This document shows positions 36,616 through 46,812 of a stretch of 64,000 nucleotides of DNA, piece by piece. Each line of letters starts with the position of its first letter. Position 1 is the stretch's first letter. Source of the DNA: a virus (taxonomy: Duplodnaviria; Caudoviricetes); the IMG/VR virus record IMGVR_UViG_3300032893_001402, positions 22 through 64,021 of that record, one strand, 5' to 3'. Made by a program: the position numbers and the translations under genes. Below the pieces are notes generated by a model, which was not told the DNA's origin, did no database searches, and was given only the letters and a program-made list of their open reading frames with translations.

Positions 36616-37923
36616 TTACATCGTGATTGCGTCGCCCGTACGTCCTCGATTGATTGTTGTAGTTTGATCTCCGTCCACTTCCGTAACTGTGCAGTTATGC
36701 GCCGTAGCGTTGGGGTCCCAAAAGAAGCTCCCCGCCGACAAATGGATTGCCATTCCACCGAGGTCTTTTCGACGGGGATCTTGAGAAAAGTCGAGTTTAC
36801 CCGACGGGTAGACGACTAGCGGGCCGCTAGCCAAAGTCGCGCCGGGACATTGAAACACGACAACAGCTTGCCCCAGGCTCTGTCCGCGATTGCCTACGGT
36901 TAGCGAATTAAGAGCAACAGCACTGTCGCCGTAAATCGTCAATGTGCCGCCGGTCACAACGGCCGAGCAAGGGGAGTTTGAGAGTGAGAAAACCGGAGCC
37001 AACAACGTCCCGCCCTCTTGATTGATGGCCGCGACAATCGAAGTGGTGCCAATCTCGACGTTGCTCGCGATGTTGGCATTGGCCGGATTGAGCAGGTTGA
37101 GCGTTGCGGCAACCGCCGAAGTACCTGGCAAGGTCCCGAGCCCTACATCGCCCTGCAAGACGCTTACAACGTTATTAACGTTCGTTCCGGCAAAGTTGAC
37201 CGCATGCTGCCCTGTCGCCGGAGTGCCTGTATTCCAGACCGTGAGCGCAGTTTGGACCGTAAGATTGTCGAGATTGATTCGCGTACTGCCATTGCCAGGT
37301 CCGGCGCCGATGTCGATCGTTGTCGAGGGGAGTTGAAGCGAAAGGGGACGGTATTCGATATAACCGCCACCTTGGTTGCTTGCTGAATTAGTATAAGGCA
37401 ATCCGATCTGACCGCTGAAATTGTTGAGAATATTCAGCGCTGCTGGCCGCACCCCCGACAATCCCGTCAAGTCATAGAGCAGACTGGGGACACTTCCCTG
37501 TACGATAACTGTCGAACCATTCGTAGGAAGTGATCCCGTAGACCAGTTCGACGCCTGATCGACTACGTTTGGCCCGGCATTAGCTACCGTAATCGAGCTA
37601 CTAAGCGTCCCCGATCCCCCGGAAGTTCCGTTGGAGATCGTACCGGGACGCCCGGCTTGGGTTGCCGTGGCAATGACAAGTGGGGAGCTAGCGTTCGCTC
37701 CCGGATTCGACCAAGTGAATTCCTGAAACTCCGTAATCGGGCTTGCGGTTAAATCAGCAGCAGCATCCGTCGCCGTTTGGTCGGCGCTTGTATCGCCAGG
37801 AACAGCAACCGTCTTACTGTTGATCGTGATATTGTAAGTCGTATTTACATCATACGCCGTCACATCTAGCGTATTGACTTGCGCGACTGCAACCGAATTG
37901 CCAGTGTAATAGATTGTAGTCAT
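36616..37923 (-). CDS. Putative virion structural protein, beta-helix-like
   Basis: Thr/Asn/Gly-rich, ASNWSTGSLP motif, tail operon. Confidence 0.6.
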   Translation of the reverse strand: MTTIYYTGNSVAVAQVNTLDVTAYDVNTTYNITINSKTVAVPGDTSADQTATDAAADLTASPITEFQEFTWSNPGANASSPLVIATATQAGRPGTISNGTSGGSGTLSSSITVANAGPNVVDQASNWSTGSLPTNGSTVIVQGSVPSLLYDLTGLSGVRPAALNILNNFSGQIGLPYTNSASNQGGGYIEYRPLSLQLPSTTIDIGAGPGNGSTRINLDNLTVQTALTVWNTGTPATGQHAVNFAGTNVNNVVSVLQGDVGLGTLPGTSAVAATLNLLNPANANIASNVEIGTTSIVAAINQEGGTLLAPVFSLSNSPCSAVVTGGTLTIYGDSAVALNSLTVGNRGQSLGQAVVVFQCPGATLASGPLVVYPSGKLDFSQDPRRKDLGGMAIHLSAGSFFWDPNATAHNCTVTEVDGDQTTTINRGRTGDAITM

Positions 37924-37933
37924 GGCCTAAGCC

Positions 37934-38686
37934 TTAGTAGGGAACCGATGGGGTAGCAATGATTGGGCCCGCACTTTCCATTTCATAATGCCAGGCAACA
38001 CCGTAATCGATATATCCCGCGTTGGGAGATTGTCCGATCAATTTTGGACCGATCTCCCGCACGTTTCTCAAGTGTCGATGCTCGAATTGCGGCGCTGCTG
38101 GAGGGGGCGGAATCGGATAGGAGCCGGGTTGCTGAGCTTGCCCCTCTTGTGTGAGTCGATAGGGGGTCTGAGCGTAAATGAGCTGATATTGCGGGGGAAA
38201 ATTGCCCAAAGCCGGCGTTAGCGTCCAGAGTGGGCCGCCCCCGCTGAAAGTAAGCGTCTCGTTCCAATCCGTGATAATTCCCCACCCCGAGCCCTGCGTC
38301 ATCCACTCGACTACGACCGAGTAAGTTACATAGGTCGTGTATTCGGCTCCCGTGTTACCGGGATAGTTGGGACGCATCCGTACGCGCACTCCGCCAATAA
38401 CTCCCGCTTGGCTCGGGGAGACGGCCCAGGCTGTTTTGCTCCCGGTGGCGCTGTCATAAACGGCGAAGGCCTGATTAGGAATCGCATAGGCTGCTTCAAG
38501 AGCTGCTAGAGCCGTTGTGAGAGCAGAGATATTAGCCGCTTGGAGAATCCCTTCTAACGTAATGCGATGAATCACAGAGCGCTCATTCATCGCGGGCCCA
38601 AAGTCGCCTTCGCACGCTACCTTAACCGATACCTCTCCGATGGCGTGCTTGTAGTTGCCGTACTGTGCGTAGAGTCCGACAGGCAT
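37934..38686 (-). CDS. Putative distal tail protein
   Basis: Immediately downstream of the tape measure gene. Confidence 0.55.
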   Translation of the reverse strand: MPVGLYAQYGNYKHAIGEVSVKVACEGDFGPAMNERSVIHRITLEGILQAANISALTTALAALEAAYAIPNQAFAVYDSATGSKTAWAVSPSQAGVIGGVRVRMRPNYPGNTGAEYTTYVTYSVVVEWMTQGSGWGIITDWNETLTFSGGGPLWTLTPALGNFPPQYQLIYAQTPYRLTQEGQAQQPGSYPIPPPPAAPQFEHRHLRNVREIGPKLIGQSPNAGYIDYGVAWHYEMESAGPIIATPSVPY

Positions 38687-38689
38687 GGC

Positions 38690-40489
38690 CTAAAAACCAC
38701 CCGCAATAGCCGCATTCTGGTCTGAGACGCGCTTCAAGATTTGCATATTCTGTTCGACGTTCGGATTGCCTAGCGGAATCGCGCCTTTACCGATGGCTTC
38801 GAGCAGACTTATAATTACTGCCAAGCGGCTATCGACTTTCTCGACAGCCTCTTTACTTGTCAGACCTTTTTCCGTCGTGGTTCCTAGAGCCGAGGTAAGC
38901 TGCTCGCCCTGCTTGCCGAGCTGGGCTTGAATCTGCGCCATGTTTTGCAGGACGGTCCCTAGTGGACCTTCGAGGTTGCCGCCGTTCTCCGAAACCCCGG
39001 ATAGCTGCTCAAGTTCGCGTTGCTGCAACCCCTGCGCTATTTCGTCTCCGCCTTCCATCGCCCGACGGCGGTTAAGATTATCGAGCTGGTTCCGTAGCTG
39101 ATTGGGCATCGCCCAGCGCAGCCCCTGAGCCTGGGCAATCTCTTCCGGCAGCAGGTTTTCGGGATGGTTTTTGAGTTGGCTGAGGATGTAGTTGGCGTGA
39201 AGACGCTGGCCGGAGTTCATCCCCGCCGCGGTTGCATGGCCGCCTTGCTCGGCCCTCAATCCAGCTGCCTGCGTTTGGGCAACGCCCATGGCAACTTGGC
39301 TTGCTCGCTGCACTACGTCGAGTTCATCGTGTCGAGCCTTAAGGATTCGCTCTTGGATGCGTTCGATTTCTAAGGCGTTCCTTAGCGCTGCCTCACCATC
39401 CATATCTCCCCGCCCGCGTTGATCGGCGATTCTTCCAGCCAGATTTTCATCCGAGCTGATCTGACTGCGGATTCTGGTCAAATCTCTACCAAGAGCAAAC
39501 TGCTCCCGCTGCCCTGCTCGTAGGGCTCCCGTGTGCGCATCCCAAAACTCTCCGGTAGTGGGCTGGATGGCTCCAATAGCCCGAAACCGATTGGCTTGGG
39601 ATTCGATCGCATTAGTTGCCTCGCGTCGGCGCGACTCCTGATTGAATTGCAGAGCGGTAGGCATATCGGCTCTACGGGCTCTTTCGATCTCTCCGGCTTC
39701 GATACGAAGCTGGTCCGCCTGGCGGTGCCTACGCTCGTAGTTGCGCGCTGCCTGATCGTCGAACCCTAATCCGTGGCTAGCCCATTCGTCAAAGCGTTGG
39801 AAAGCCGTATCGATAGGATAAGGATTGATGCCCATCGCTCGAAGTCGGCGCATATGATCTGCGCTTCCGGCCGGACCCCCGCCTAAGCCTGGAGTATGAG
39901 TGTAGGGGTTGAGTTGCCAGCGGTTACTTGCCTCGATAGCGCCGGCTGTCCCTAATCCGACTAAAGCCCCTGTCCCTAAGCCGCCTAGGGCTCCCCCCAT
40001 AAGACCCGTACCGAGCAGACCATGGAGGGATCTCCCCCCATGAACCAAAGCCTCGATGCCGGCGAGGGCTTGCAGACCCCCTAAGATGCCACCCCCGCCG
40101 CTAGCAATCGAGCCCATCGAAAGGGCCCTAGCGAGATCGGTAGCCGACCCGACTACACCACCAAGTCCAGGCCTTCCTTGAGGTTGCTGGGGCCCCTGAG
40201 GCTGCTGTCGCGATCTAGCAGCATGCTCCAGGCCGGCTCCGTGGTAATGTGTTCCTTCTGAGTATCCCTGGGGGAGAGTAGCCCCAGCCGAGGAACTACT
40301 ACTTACGGGTGGCGGAGTAACCCCTAATCCCCCCGTTGGGCTACCTAAGCTTACTGGGATATTGAACCGCTGGCGAAGATCCTCGGACATTCGTACGAGG
40401 CTATCGTACACTGCGCGATTCTTCGACTCTTGCGCTTCGAGCCCTACCCGATAGAGTAGGTCGCGTTCGTCTCCGCCGCCGGTACTCAT
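38690..40489 (-). CDS. Tape measure protein (599 aa)
   Basis: Gly/Ala/Gln-rich helical protein with hydrophobic Gly-rich segment, following the TAC genes. Confidence 0.7.
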   Translation of the reverse strand: MSTGGGDERDLLYRVGLEAQESKNRAVYDSLVRMSEDLRQRFNIPVSLGSPTGGLGVTPPPVSSSSSAGATLPQGYSEGTHYHGAGLEHAARSRQQPQGPQQPQGRPGLGGVVGSATDLARALSMGSIASGGGGILGGLQALAGIEALVHGGRSLHGLLGTGLMGGALGGLGTGALVGLGTAGAIEASNRWQLNPYTHTPGLGGGPAGSADHMRRLRAMGINPYPIDTAFQRFDEWASHGLGFDDQAARNYERRHRQADQLRIEAGEIERARRADMPTALQFNQESRRREATNAIESQANRFRAIGAIQPTTGEFWDAHTGALRAGQREQFALGRDLTRIRSQISSDENLAGRIADQRGRGDMDGEAALRNALEIERIQERILKARHDELDVVQRASQVAMGVAQTQAAGLRAEQGGHATAAGMNSGQRLHANYILSQLKNHPENLLPEEIAQAQGLRWAMPNQLRNQLDNLNRRRAMEGGDEIAQGLQQRELEQLSGVSENGGNLEGPLGTVLQNMAQIQAQLGKQGEQLTSALGTTTEKGLTSKEAVEKVDSRLAVIISLLEAIGKGAIPLGNPNVEQNMQILKRVSDQNAAIAGGF

Positions 40490-40506
40490 TTAGTCTTTAG
40501 TCTGGG

Positions 40507-41007
40507 CTAAGATTTGGACAGAATTGAGGACAAGAATTGCTTCAGACGCTCATTGCCGGCCGTAACCGAATTGGCTAGCTCTGCGCGTCTTAAAATCGGA
40601 TCGACGATACCGAGATTCCGACGTACGATAGCGTCGGCCCAGGATGGAAGCTGTCCCGTGGCTCGAACCTCAAAATAGGTCAGCAAGCAGACGATCGCCC
40701 TTCTCAGTACCTTCTCGCACTTCAAGCCGGATTTTTTGAGGGCCGGCAGATTCGCTACGGAGCGCTCGATTGTGGGATGCAAGAGCAGGGCTTTCGGGCA
40801 GCGGTAGCATGGGGTAGGGGCTCCCTGGCGAGAAAGATAACGCATTCTGCCGCCGCGCTTCCAACTCGGGTGCTTCAGTTTCTCTCCGCTAAAGACGAGC
40901 GTTCCGATATGGTCATCGTCGTGTTCGTAGACGAATTTCGCGCATTCTTCGCAGGTACGATTGACTAACCCGGGGTAGGTACAGAGCAGGTCTACCCCGG
41001 CCGCTAG
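40507..41007 (-). CDS. Tail assembly chaperone frameshift extension (gpGT-like) with two CxxC motifs
   Basis: The -1 frame is open from the slippery site: KLAAGVDLLCTYPGLVNRTCEEC..GGRMRYLSRQGAPTPCYRCPK.., continuous with ORF 40507-40845. Confidence 0.8.
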   Translation of the reverse strand, partial: LAAGVDLLCTYPGLVNRTCEECAKFVYEHDDDHIGTLVFSGEKLKHPSWKRGGRMRYLSRQGAPTPCYRCPKALLLHPTIERSVANLPALKKSGLKCEKVLRRAIVCLLTYFEVRATGQLPSWADAIVRRNLGIVDPILRRAELANSVTAGNERLKQFLSSILSKS

Positions 41008-41013
41008 TTTTTT
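40970..41013 (-). promoter_or_regulatory. -1 programmed ribosomal frameshift signal
   Basis: A AAA AAC (41013-41007) just before TAG, 6-nt spacer, 9-bp stem CCGGGGTAG/CTACCCCGG. Confidence 0.85.
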
Positions 41014-41492
41014 ACCGCTTCCTCCTCACGAACGATTCCGGGGGCCTTCCGTTGTACGCTGGCGGCATAGTTGGCAACGCTTTCATCGCGCTGTTTTTCC
41101 TTTGACCAGAGAGGGTCGAGGTCGCTTGCTTCGCGCCCATAGATGATATATTGGAGCCGGACGAATAGCGCGTAACGAATAATCTTGATTCGATCGGGCT
41201 CGATGTCAGCCGCTTGGCCGTCCGCTTCCGTGAGGGACCAGCTTTGCAGATGGTCGGCCATAAACTGCGCGGTTGCGTCCATATGTTTCGTAAGGGGCTG
41301 GAATTGAAATGATCGCAACCATTCCTCAGTCTCAATCCCCAGCGCCGGCCGGTAGCTGAAACGCAGCTCGGGATGGAGCCCTGGCACTTCGCGGATAAAA
41401 CCGGGCTCCGTGTAGCCATCGCGGATAATTCCGCACATGGCAGGCTTTTGGACATTGGTTTGAGTAGGACTAGGGTTAGGGCGAGGGTACAT
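41004..41492 (-). CDS. Tail assembly chaperone (gpG-like)
   Basis: Between tail tube and tape measure; ends EEAVKN at the slippery site. Confidence 0.8.
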   Translation of the reverse strand: MYPRPNPSPTQTNVQKPAMCGIIRDGYTEPGFIREVPGLHPELRFSYRPALGIETEEWLRSFQFQPLTKHMDATAQFMADHLQSWSLTEADGQAADIEPDRIKIIRYALFVRLQYIIYGREASDLDPLWSKEKQRDESVANYAASVQRKAPGIVREEEAVKN

Positions 41493-41646
41493 AGCGCGAA
41501 TCTCCAGAACGTTAAGTAGGAATTTGAGCACTACGGCATGGCTAGAAAGAACTACCGCGAGCGAACACGCAATTCCCGGTTGCTTAAAAGGAATTGGTGG
41601 GTATGTATCCGCTCGCGGTAGGTTTATTGCGCAAGACTAGGGAAGG

Positions 41647-42525
41647 TCAGGATAGAGCCAGAGTCGCCCCTATATCGGGAACACTTCCCCCTAAATTACG
41701 CCTGGCAATCGCTTCTACCGGCAAAAGGATCTCGGTACGGCCGTTTACAGTCGGATCTCTGGGGGGAAATTGCAGAGCCCCGAACGTGAATGTGAGAACT
41801 TTCGCGCCGTAATTGAGTTGCAGGCTGGCTCCCGCGTCTGTATTACTAGCCCCGGCGTTGGAAACCATGTCGATCTCAGCCGAAGTAAAGGGAGATGTGA
41901 GACGGAGCGTAACATTGCGATCCGTAGGCATAATTTGCGACGGGTCTTGGTTCTGACGGTACTTAACTTCGAGCGCGTTGCTTATCGATAACTCAAAGTC
42001 CTCAATATTGCGGTTGCTGCTGAGGATCGAAAGCACAGTTCCGAAGATCATCAAGCTGGCGGTGTTCTGATAGGTGACTTCGGGGAAATTTCCCGCGTTG
42101 GCTACTGTCTCTCCGCTAGCCACTAAGTCAAGCGCCAAGCGCATCGGACTTCCCGATGAGCAGCTAAAGCGCGCTGTATCGACATATACACCGCTGTAGG
42201 TATAGACCTTTGTAACTTTGTCGATCGTAAGGTAGCGGCTCTGGAGAGTTTCCGAAGTCGCGTAGTTGTTCCCGCTGGCGTTTGCTCCGAGAATCCAGGG
42301 TAAGAGGTAGGTCAATTCTTCGGGGGAGGGCTGCATCGAGAGCGTGCCGCGGTAGGTATTGATACCGTCCCGGGTGCGAGTGTCCATGTGCTGTCGAGTT
42401 CCGCGCAAGCCTGTCGTATCAACGATCGTGCCCGCTTTCTGCATTGAGCAGTTATCGAACTCGAATCCGTAGCGCACTGTCGATTGAGTATCGATCCCTA
42501 GTTGGGATTGAAAGCCTTGGGACAT
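41647..42525 (-). CDS. Tail tube (major tail) protein
   Basis: Position; TYSGVYVDTARFS, FELSISNALE, RNVTLRLT patterns. Confidence 0.75.
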   Translation of the reverse strand: MSQGFQSQLGIDTQSTVRYGFEFDNCSMQKAGTIVDTTGLRGTRQHMDTRTRDGINTYRGTLSMQPSPEELTYLLPWILGANASGNNYATSETLQSRYLTIDKVTKVYTYSGVYVDTARFSCSSGSPMRLALDLVASGETVANAGNFPEVTYQNTASLMIFGTVLSILSSNRNIEDFELSISNALEVKYRQNQDPSQIMPTDRNVTLRLTSPFTSAEIDMVSNAGASNTDAGASLQLNYGAKVLTFTFGALQFPPRDPTVNGRTEILLPVEAIARRNLGGSVPDIGATLALS

Positions 42526-42546
42526 TGAACTAGCTCCTAAGCAGGC

Positions 42547-43155
42547 TTAATTAGAGGGTTGTCGGTAGGTGGATTGCCCGGCTCCGCGCACTTCGCGGCA
42601 AATGAACCGCACGATGAAAGAAGAAACCCAGGCATTTCCCACAAACTCGCCGGGAATTGCGATTGAATTGGGCTCTACCGTCACGGTCATAACCTCGGGA
42701 ACGGCCGCAAAAGGCTGATTCCTCAAGGATCGACTGAGTATTTCGCGCCAAAGCAAGTAGCGATTGAGAGATTTTGTCTCGTCTCCATTGGCTCCGGGAT
42801 CAAGCCGCGTATCGGGCGATTGGACGAACGAGACAAGACAGGGATAGCCGACATCATCCCGTCGATTGAGAGTCTGGCCTACAGGCATAGATTCCTGAGC
42901 CCAAGGGCAGACCAGAATCATGGGATAGCTATAGCTGTAAGGTTCACCTTGTAAGCGTACTACCCAAGGGAATTTGACGAGCGCGATGTTGGCCGAGTTG
43001 ATCCCTGGAAAATAAATACCTTGCAGGTACGTTACGAGATTCGCCAGGCAGGACGTGTGAACAGCCGGCGGATCATCCTCAATGAGCCATTGGCCGTCGT
43101 CTGTCTCCAGCTCGAAAAAGCCGGAAGAATCTTCGAGTTCAAAAAAGTTAGGCAT
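42547..43155 (-). CDS. Putative tail terminator
   Basis: Upstream of tail tube; YPMILVCP motif; start at MPNFFELED. Confidence 0.55.
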   Translation of the reverse strand: MPNFFELEDSSGFFELETDDGQWLIEDDPPAVHTSCLANLVTYLQGIYFPGINSANIALVKFPWVVRLQGEPYSYSYPMILVCPWAQESMPVGQTLNRRDDVGYPCLVSFVQSPDTRLDPGANGDETKSLNRYLLWREILSRSLRNQPFAAVPEVMTVTVEPNSIAIPGEFVGNAWVSSFIVRFICREVRGAGQSTYRQPSN

Positions 43156-43157
43156 CG

Positions 43158-44387
43158 TTAGACGAACATCAAGAAAGCCGCTCCGCTTGTTGCGCCAGTA
43201 TCGCCGCTGAGCGTCCCAGCATCGCCGCTGAGCGTATCGGTGTAGGTAGCCGTCTCGACCACCGTATAAACCTTGCTCGCAGCTCCGGCCGAGCCGCTGG
43301 TGATTGTCACACTGGCGACGTTGTAGTTGTTCCCGCTGAAACCGCTGTTGAGCGCCGTCTTGAGATTGGCGGCCGATTCGTTCCAAGGGATCGCGATCGG
43401 GTTGGCGCCGGTCGTGTCATTCAAGTTCCAATCGCCGCTTGTGCCAACGACGGCAACGGTGTAGGTCTGATCCAGCCCATCGGCAAACGTCGCCCCGGGG
43501 CTCCAAAGCTGATTGCCGGCATTGGAGACAGTCAAGCCGCTGAAGTCGAGACTGCTCGTTGGATCGGAAGCGCTCGTTGTGTCGTGCGAAGCCACAAGCG
43601 CGGTGCCGCTGCTGACTGCGGCAGCCAGGCTTTTGTTCAGGGTCCAAGCCCCGACAGTCGTGTCGGTCGGTCCAGGCGTGTTGCCATCGAATGCCCAGGT
43701 GCCTCCATCCGGCGCGACGGTCCCGATGGCGAAGGGACTCCCGGAAGATAGCGAAAGCGTAAATGTCGCCGGCGCTCCATCAACAAATCCTGTTGCAGCG
43801 GGGTTATTGCCTGTGCCTGGATCGAAACCGCTCACGGACGGCGTGGAGCCAAACGATTCATTTGCTACGCTTGTCCAGGTTTCTGTTCCCGCTGGCGTTG
43901 CCGGCGGTGTCCAATTGCCGCCAGTCATCCATAATCCAGTGTCGCCGTCGATGTAGTAAGTGTCACTACCGATACTTATATAGGCATAATTTCCCATCCC
44001 GTCGGAACTCGGGGGAGTAGAGCCATCGCCCCATTTAATCGTCAGCACGGCTTGCGAGCCGGCAGAATAGCTCGACGAATTCACGCTGCCCGCCCACCCG
44101 ATGGTCAAAGCCGTAAGGTCATAGCTCAGGCTTTGACCGCTGCCAAGCGTGTTGCAGGTCCACACGAGATTCGATCCGGCGCTGACGGCCGAGGCCACGT
44201 CGGCGCCGGTCGTTTCCGTATAACCGCTGGGCGTTGGTGCCGTCGCCTGGTCAACAGTCGAATCGCCGATCGTGATTGAGCCACCTGTCGGCACCGTTCC
44301 GGCCGTGAGCGCAGAGGTGCAGACAGGCACCAGCGTAAGCGTCGCGTAGGTCGGCGAGACAGTTTCGGTTATGGTCAGAGAGGCCAT
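43158..44387 (-). CDS. Ser/Thr/Gly-rich virion structural protein
   Basis: Composition; IPWNESAANLKTAL motif; coupled to the fibre gene. Confidence 0.6.
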   Translation of the reverse strand: MASLTITETVSPTYATLTLVPVCTSALTAGTVPTGGSITIGDSTVDQATAPTPSGYTETTGADVASAVSAGSNLVWTCNTLGSGQSLSYDLTALTIGWAGSVNSSSYSAGSQAVLTIKWGDGSTPPSSDGMGNYAYISIGSDTYYIDGDTGLWMTGGNWTPPATPAGTETWTSVANESFGSTPSVSGFDPGTGNNPAATGFVDGAPATFTLSLSSGSPFAIGTVAPDGGTWAFDGNTPGPTDTTVGAWTLNKSLAAAVSSGTALVASHDTTSASDPTSSLDFSGLTVSNAGNQLWSPGATFADGLDQTYTVAVVGTSGDWNLNDTTGANPIAIPWNESAANLKTALNSGFSGNNYNVASVTITSGSAGAASKVYTVVETATYTDTLSGDAGTLSGDTGATSGAAFLMFV

Positions 44388-46288
44388 TAGTGAATATCCT
44401 GACCACACACAAAGCCGTCAAAGGCGCCGCCGGCCGTGCAGAGAAAACCAAATAGGTCGGCATGGCCTGCCGTGGTAGAAAGAGTGGGCGCCGAGCCGCC
44501 GGCCCAGGTAATTCCGCTCCACCACGTCACGGTATGCGAGCCGCCCGAACCTTGTGTAATGCGAATCAGGAATCGTTGCCCGACATAGTTGTTTGCAAGT
44601 GCAAGTGTACGGTCGGCCGCGATGGTCGCTGCATGAACGCTATTTACCGACAAATCAAATGTAATCGTTGAGGCATCGCTATCGGTTGTTATCCCGCCAG
44701 CCCCGCCCCGCAACACGGCAAGACTTCCGCTTGAAATGTTGCTCGCATTTGTAGTGTCGGTCGTCGCGCTGGCGGCTAGTCCGCTGGTTGAAATCGTCAG
44801 GATGTTCGACGAATAGACGCAACTGATGTTGGTGCCGTTGGTGATCTGCCGAAACGCGCCGTCATCGGCAAGGAAGTAGGGCGGACTGTGAGATGAAGCG
44901 CCAGGATCGGGAACATACCCAACGGCATGACTCGCGCCGGCCTGGACGAAAGCTATTGGTGTGTTCCAAGTACCGTCGCCGCGTAGCCATTGAGTAGTGC
45001 TATTGGGCGCTTTGGGAGCAAATCCGTGGGCGCTGGTGCTGACGTTACCGGTAGTCACATCCGATAGCGATAGCCCACCCTCGGCTAGCGCGGCATAGTG
45101 CGGAGCATTGTTCGCGCCCTGGCTTACCAGCGGCAAGCCGGACGTGCCTGGGGAAATTGCTACTAGAGCGTTTGTGCCGTTGCCGCTGAGGACCGAGCCA
45201 GTTGAAATATTGGCAAGTCCTGTACCTCCCGCGGCAACTCCGGCTATTCCCGAAATATCGCTGAACGAAAGAACTACGTTCCCCGTACGACCCGCAACCG
45301 AGAGGACTTGAGCGGCCTGGCCATCGATTTTGCGCCATACAGAACCGTCAAAAACGGCCCAATCCGCGGCATTCCAGCTCGAAATGCCATCGAGCGTAGT
45401 TGTGCCAGCGGTCGAGACAACGTAGACGTTTCCTTTCGTACCCGTGCTGCTGGCGAGAGTCGGACTATTCGTATTGGCGTTCCAGGTCCCCTGAAACTCC
45501 AGCCCGTTGACGATTGCCGAGGGGAGTTGCGCTGTCGGAACATGACCGCCGCTGTCGAGTGTTGCCACTCCGTTATTCGCCCCGGCTGCCGAAGAGAGGA
45601 TATTGAGGCTGGCCGCCCCAACTACGCTTCCATTAAGTACCCCCGAGATCGTGATATTGCCGTTGCGGTCGATCGTTGTAACCGCATTGCCGGATGTGTC
45701 GGCAATCTCTAAACCGGCGCTTAAGTCGAACTTGAGCCCATAGACGGCATTCGGTACATCATAGATTTGAAAGTATCCGCTGGCGTCGAATCCGATACGG
45801 CTTGTACCTGTTCCTGAGATATAAGATTCCAGATAAACATTTCCAGCGCTATCCGTGACGACGGTTGCATGGTTCGTCGAATTCGTGGCGATCGTTGTCG
45901 AATTCGAGACATTCAGCGGTATGACGTGGCTGGTAGCGATAGGACTCGGGAAGTCGGCCGAGACTATTGCGCGCAATCCGAGAGGGCCGCTTGCTCCGTT
46001 GGGGGTTGCCAAAAACAGGTTTTGAGTCTGTCCACCCGCAAAAGATAGGGCGAGAGTCCCGCTGTTCGTGATCGGCGAACCCCCGACGTTAAATACCGAG
46101 GGCGCGGACATGGCGACACTTGATACCGACCCATTTCCGCTGCCACCAGATTGCAACCAACGGTCATCAAGTTCTTCGACCGTAATCTGACTGTTCACGC
46201 CGTTGTGAACGAGCGGAAAAATATCCGCGTCTTGCAAGTCCGTTTGGGCGACGGATTGCATCTGGCTAACTGCTAAGTTTCCGCTCAT
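44387..46288 (-). CDS. Tail or neck fibre protein
   Basis: GSVSSVAMSAP, NGVATLDSGGHVP, FQGTWNANTNSPTL, VLSVAGRTGNVVL, QWLRGDGTW fibre modules. Confidence 0.8.
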   Translation of the reverse strand: MSGNLAVSQMQSVAQTDLQDADIFPLVHNGVNSQITVEELDDRWLQSGGSGNGSVSSVAMSAPSVFNVGGSPITNSGTLALSFAGGQTQNLFLATPNGASGPLGLRAIVSADFPSPIATSHVIPLNVSNSTTIATNSTNHATVVTDSAGNVYLESYISGTGTSRIGFDASGYFQIYDVPNAVYGLKFDLSAGLEIADTSGNAVTTIDRNGNITISGVLNGSVVGAASLNILSSAAGANNGVATLDSGGHVPTAQLPSAIVNGLEFQGTWNANTNSPTLASSTGTKGNVYVVSTAGTTTLDGISSWNAADWAVFDGSVWRKIDGQAAQVLSVAGRTGNVVLSFSDISGIAGVAAGGTGLANISTGSVLSGNGTNALVAISPGTSGLPLVSQGANNAPHYAALAEGGLSLSDVTTGNVSTSAHGFAPKAPNSTTQWLRGDGTWNTPIAFVQAGASHAVGYVPDPGASSHSPPYFLADDGAFRQITNGTNISCVYSSNILTISTSGLAASATTDTTNASNISSGSLAVLRGGAGGITTDSDASTITFDLSVNSVHAATIAADRTLALANNYVGQRFLIRITQGSGGSHTVTWWSGITWAGGSAPTLSTTAGHADLFGFLCTAGGAFDGFVCGQDIH

Positions 46289-46812
46289 GGTCGTTGCGCT
46301 TTTAGTTGAGTATCGAGTTCATCCATAATCAGACTCGCGCCAAGCTGTTTGCTCCGCTCCGTCAAGCCCAGGTAGGGTCGAGCAGGAAGATTGCCGTAGC
46401 CCTTCTGCTGGGCCCTGGCATAGATCAGCGTTTGACCTTCTTTGGCCGTAGGATCAAGGCGGCCGCTGTAATTGATTCGCTGTTGGCTCATGTTTACGCC
46501 GAAAGCCAGAGAGCGGCTTTCGATGCTCGCGATATGGCCGGAGCTTCCATCCCCTGTAGCCGCCATTTGAAGGGCTTCCCAAAGCCTCAAGAGAGGATGG
46601 GTCTTGAGCGTACCGTCGGGCCACTTATTGATCTTCCGAGGGGGCCAGCTTTCTCCGTCTGGGCTGGTAGCCGTCTCAAAAGCTTGCTCCGTATCCTTTC
46701 TCCCTAGCTCGTGTATTTTCGACAGGGCTCGGCCGACGTTGCCGCTGTTGATGATCGCCAGACGGTTCTCAACGTGTCGGGGGAAGTCTTCGGCGTAAAT
46801 TGGAGTGCCCAT
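46285..46812 (-). CDS. Virion morphogenesis / tail completion protein (Mu gpG / P2 gpS-like)
   Basis: FETATSPDGESWPPRK..YARAQQKG..LPARPYLGL. Confidence 0.8.
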   Translation of the reverse strand: MGTPIYAEDFPRHVENRLAIINSGNVGRALSKIHELGRKDTEQAFETATSPDGESWPPRKINKWPDGTLKTHPLLRLWEALQMAATGDGSSGHIASIESRSLAFGVNMSQQRINYSGRLDPTAKEGQTLIYARAQQKGYGNLPARPYLGLTERSKQLGASLIMDELDTQLKAQRP

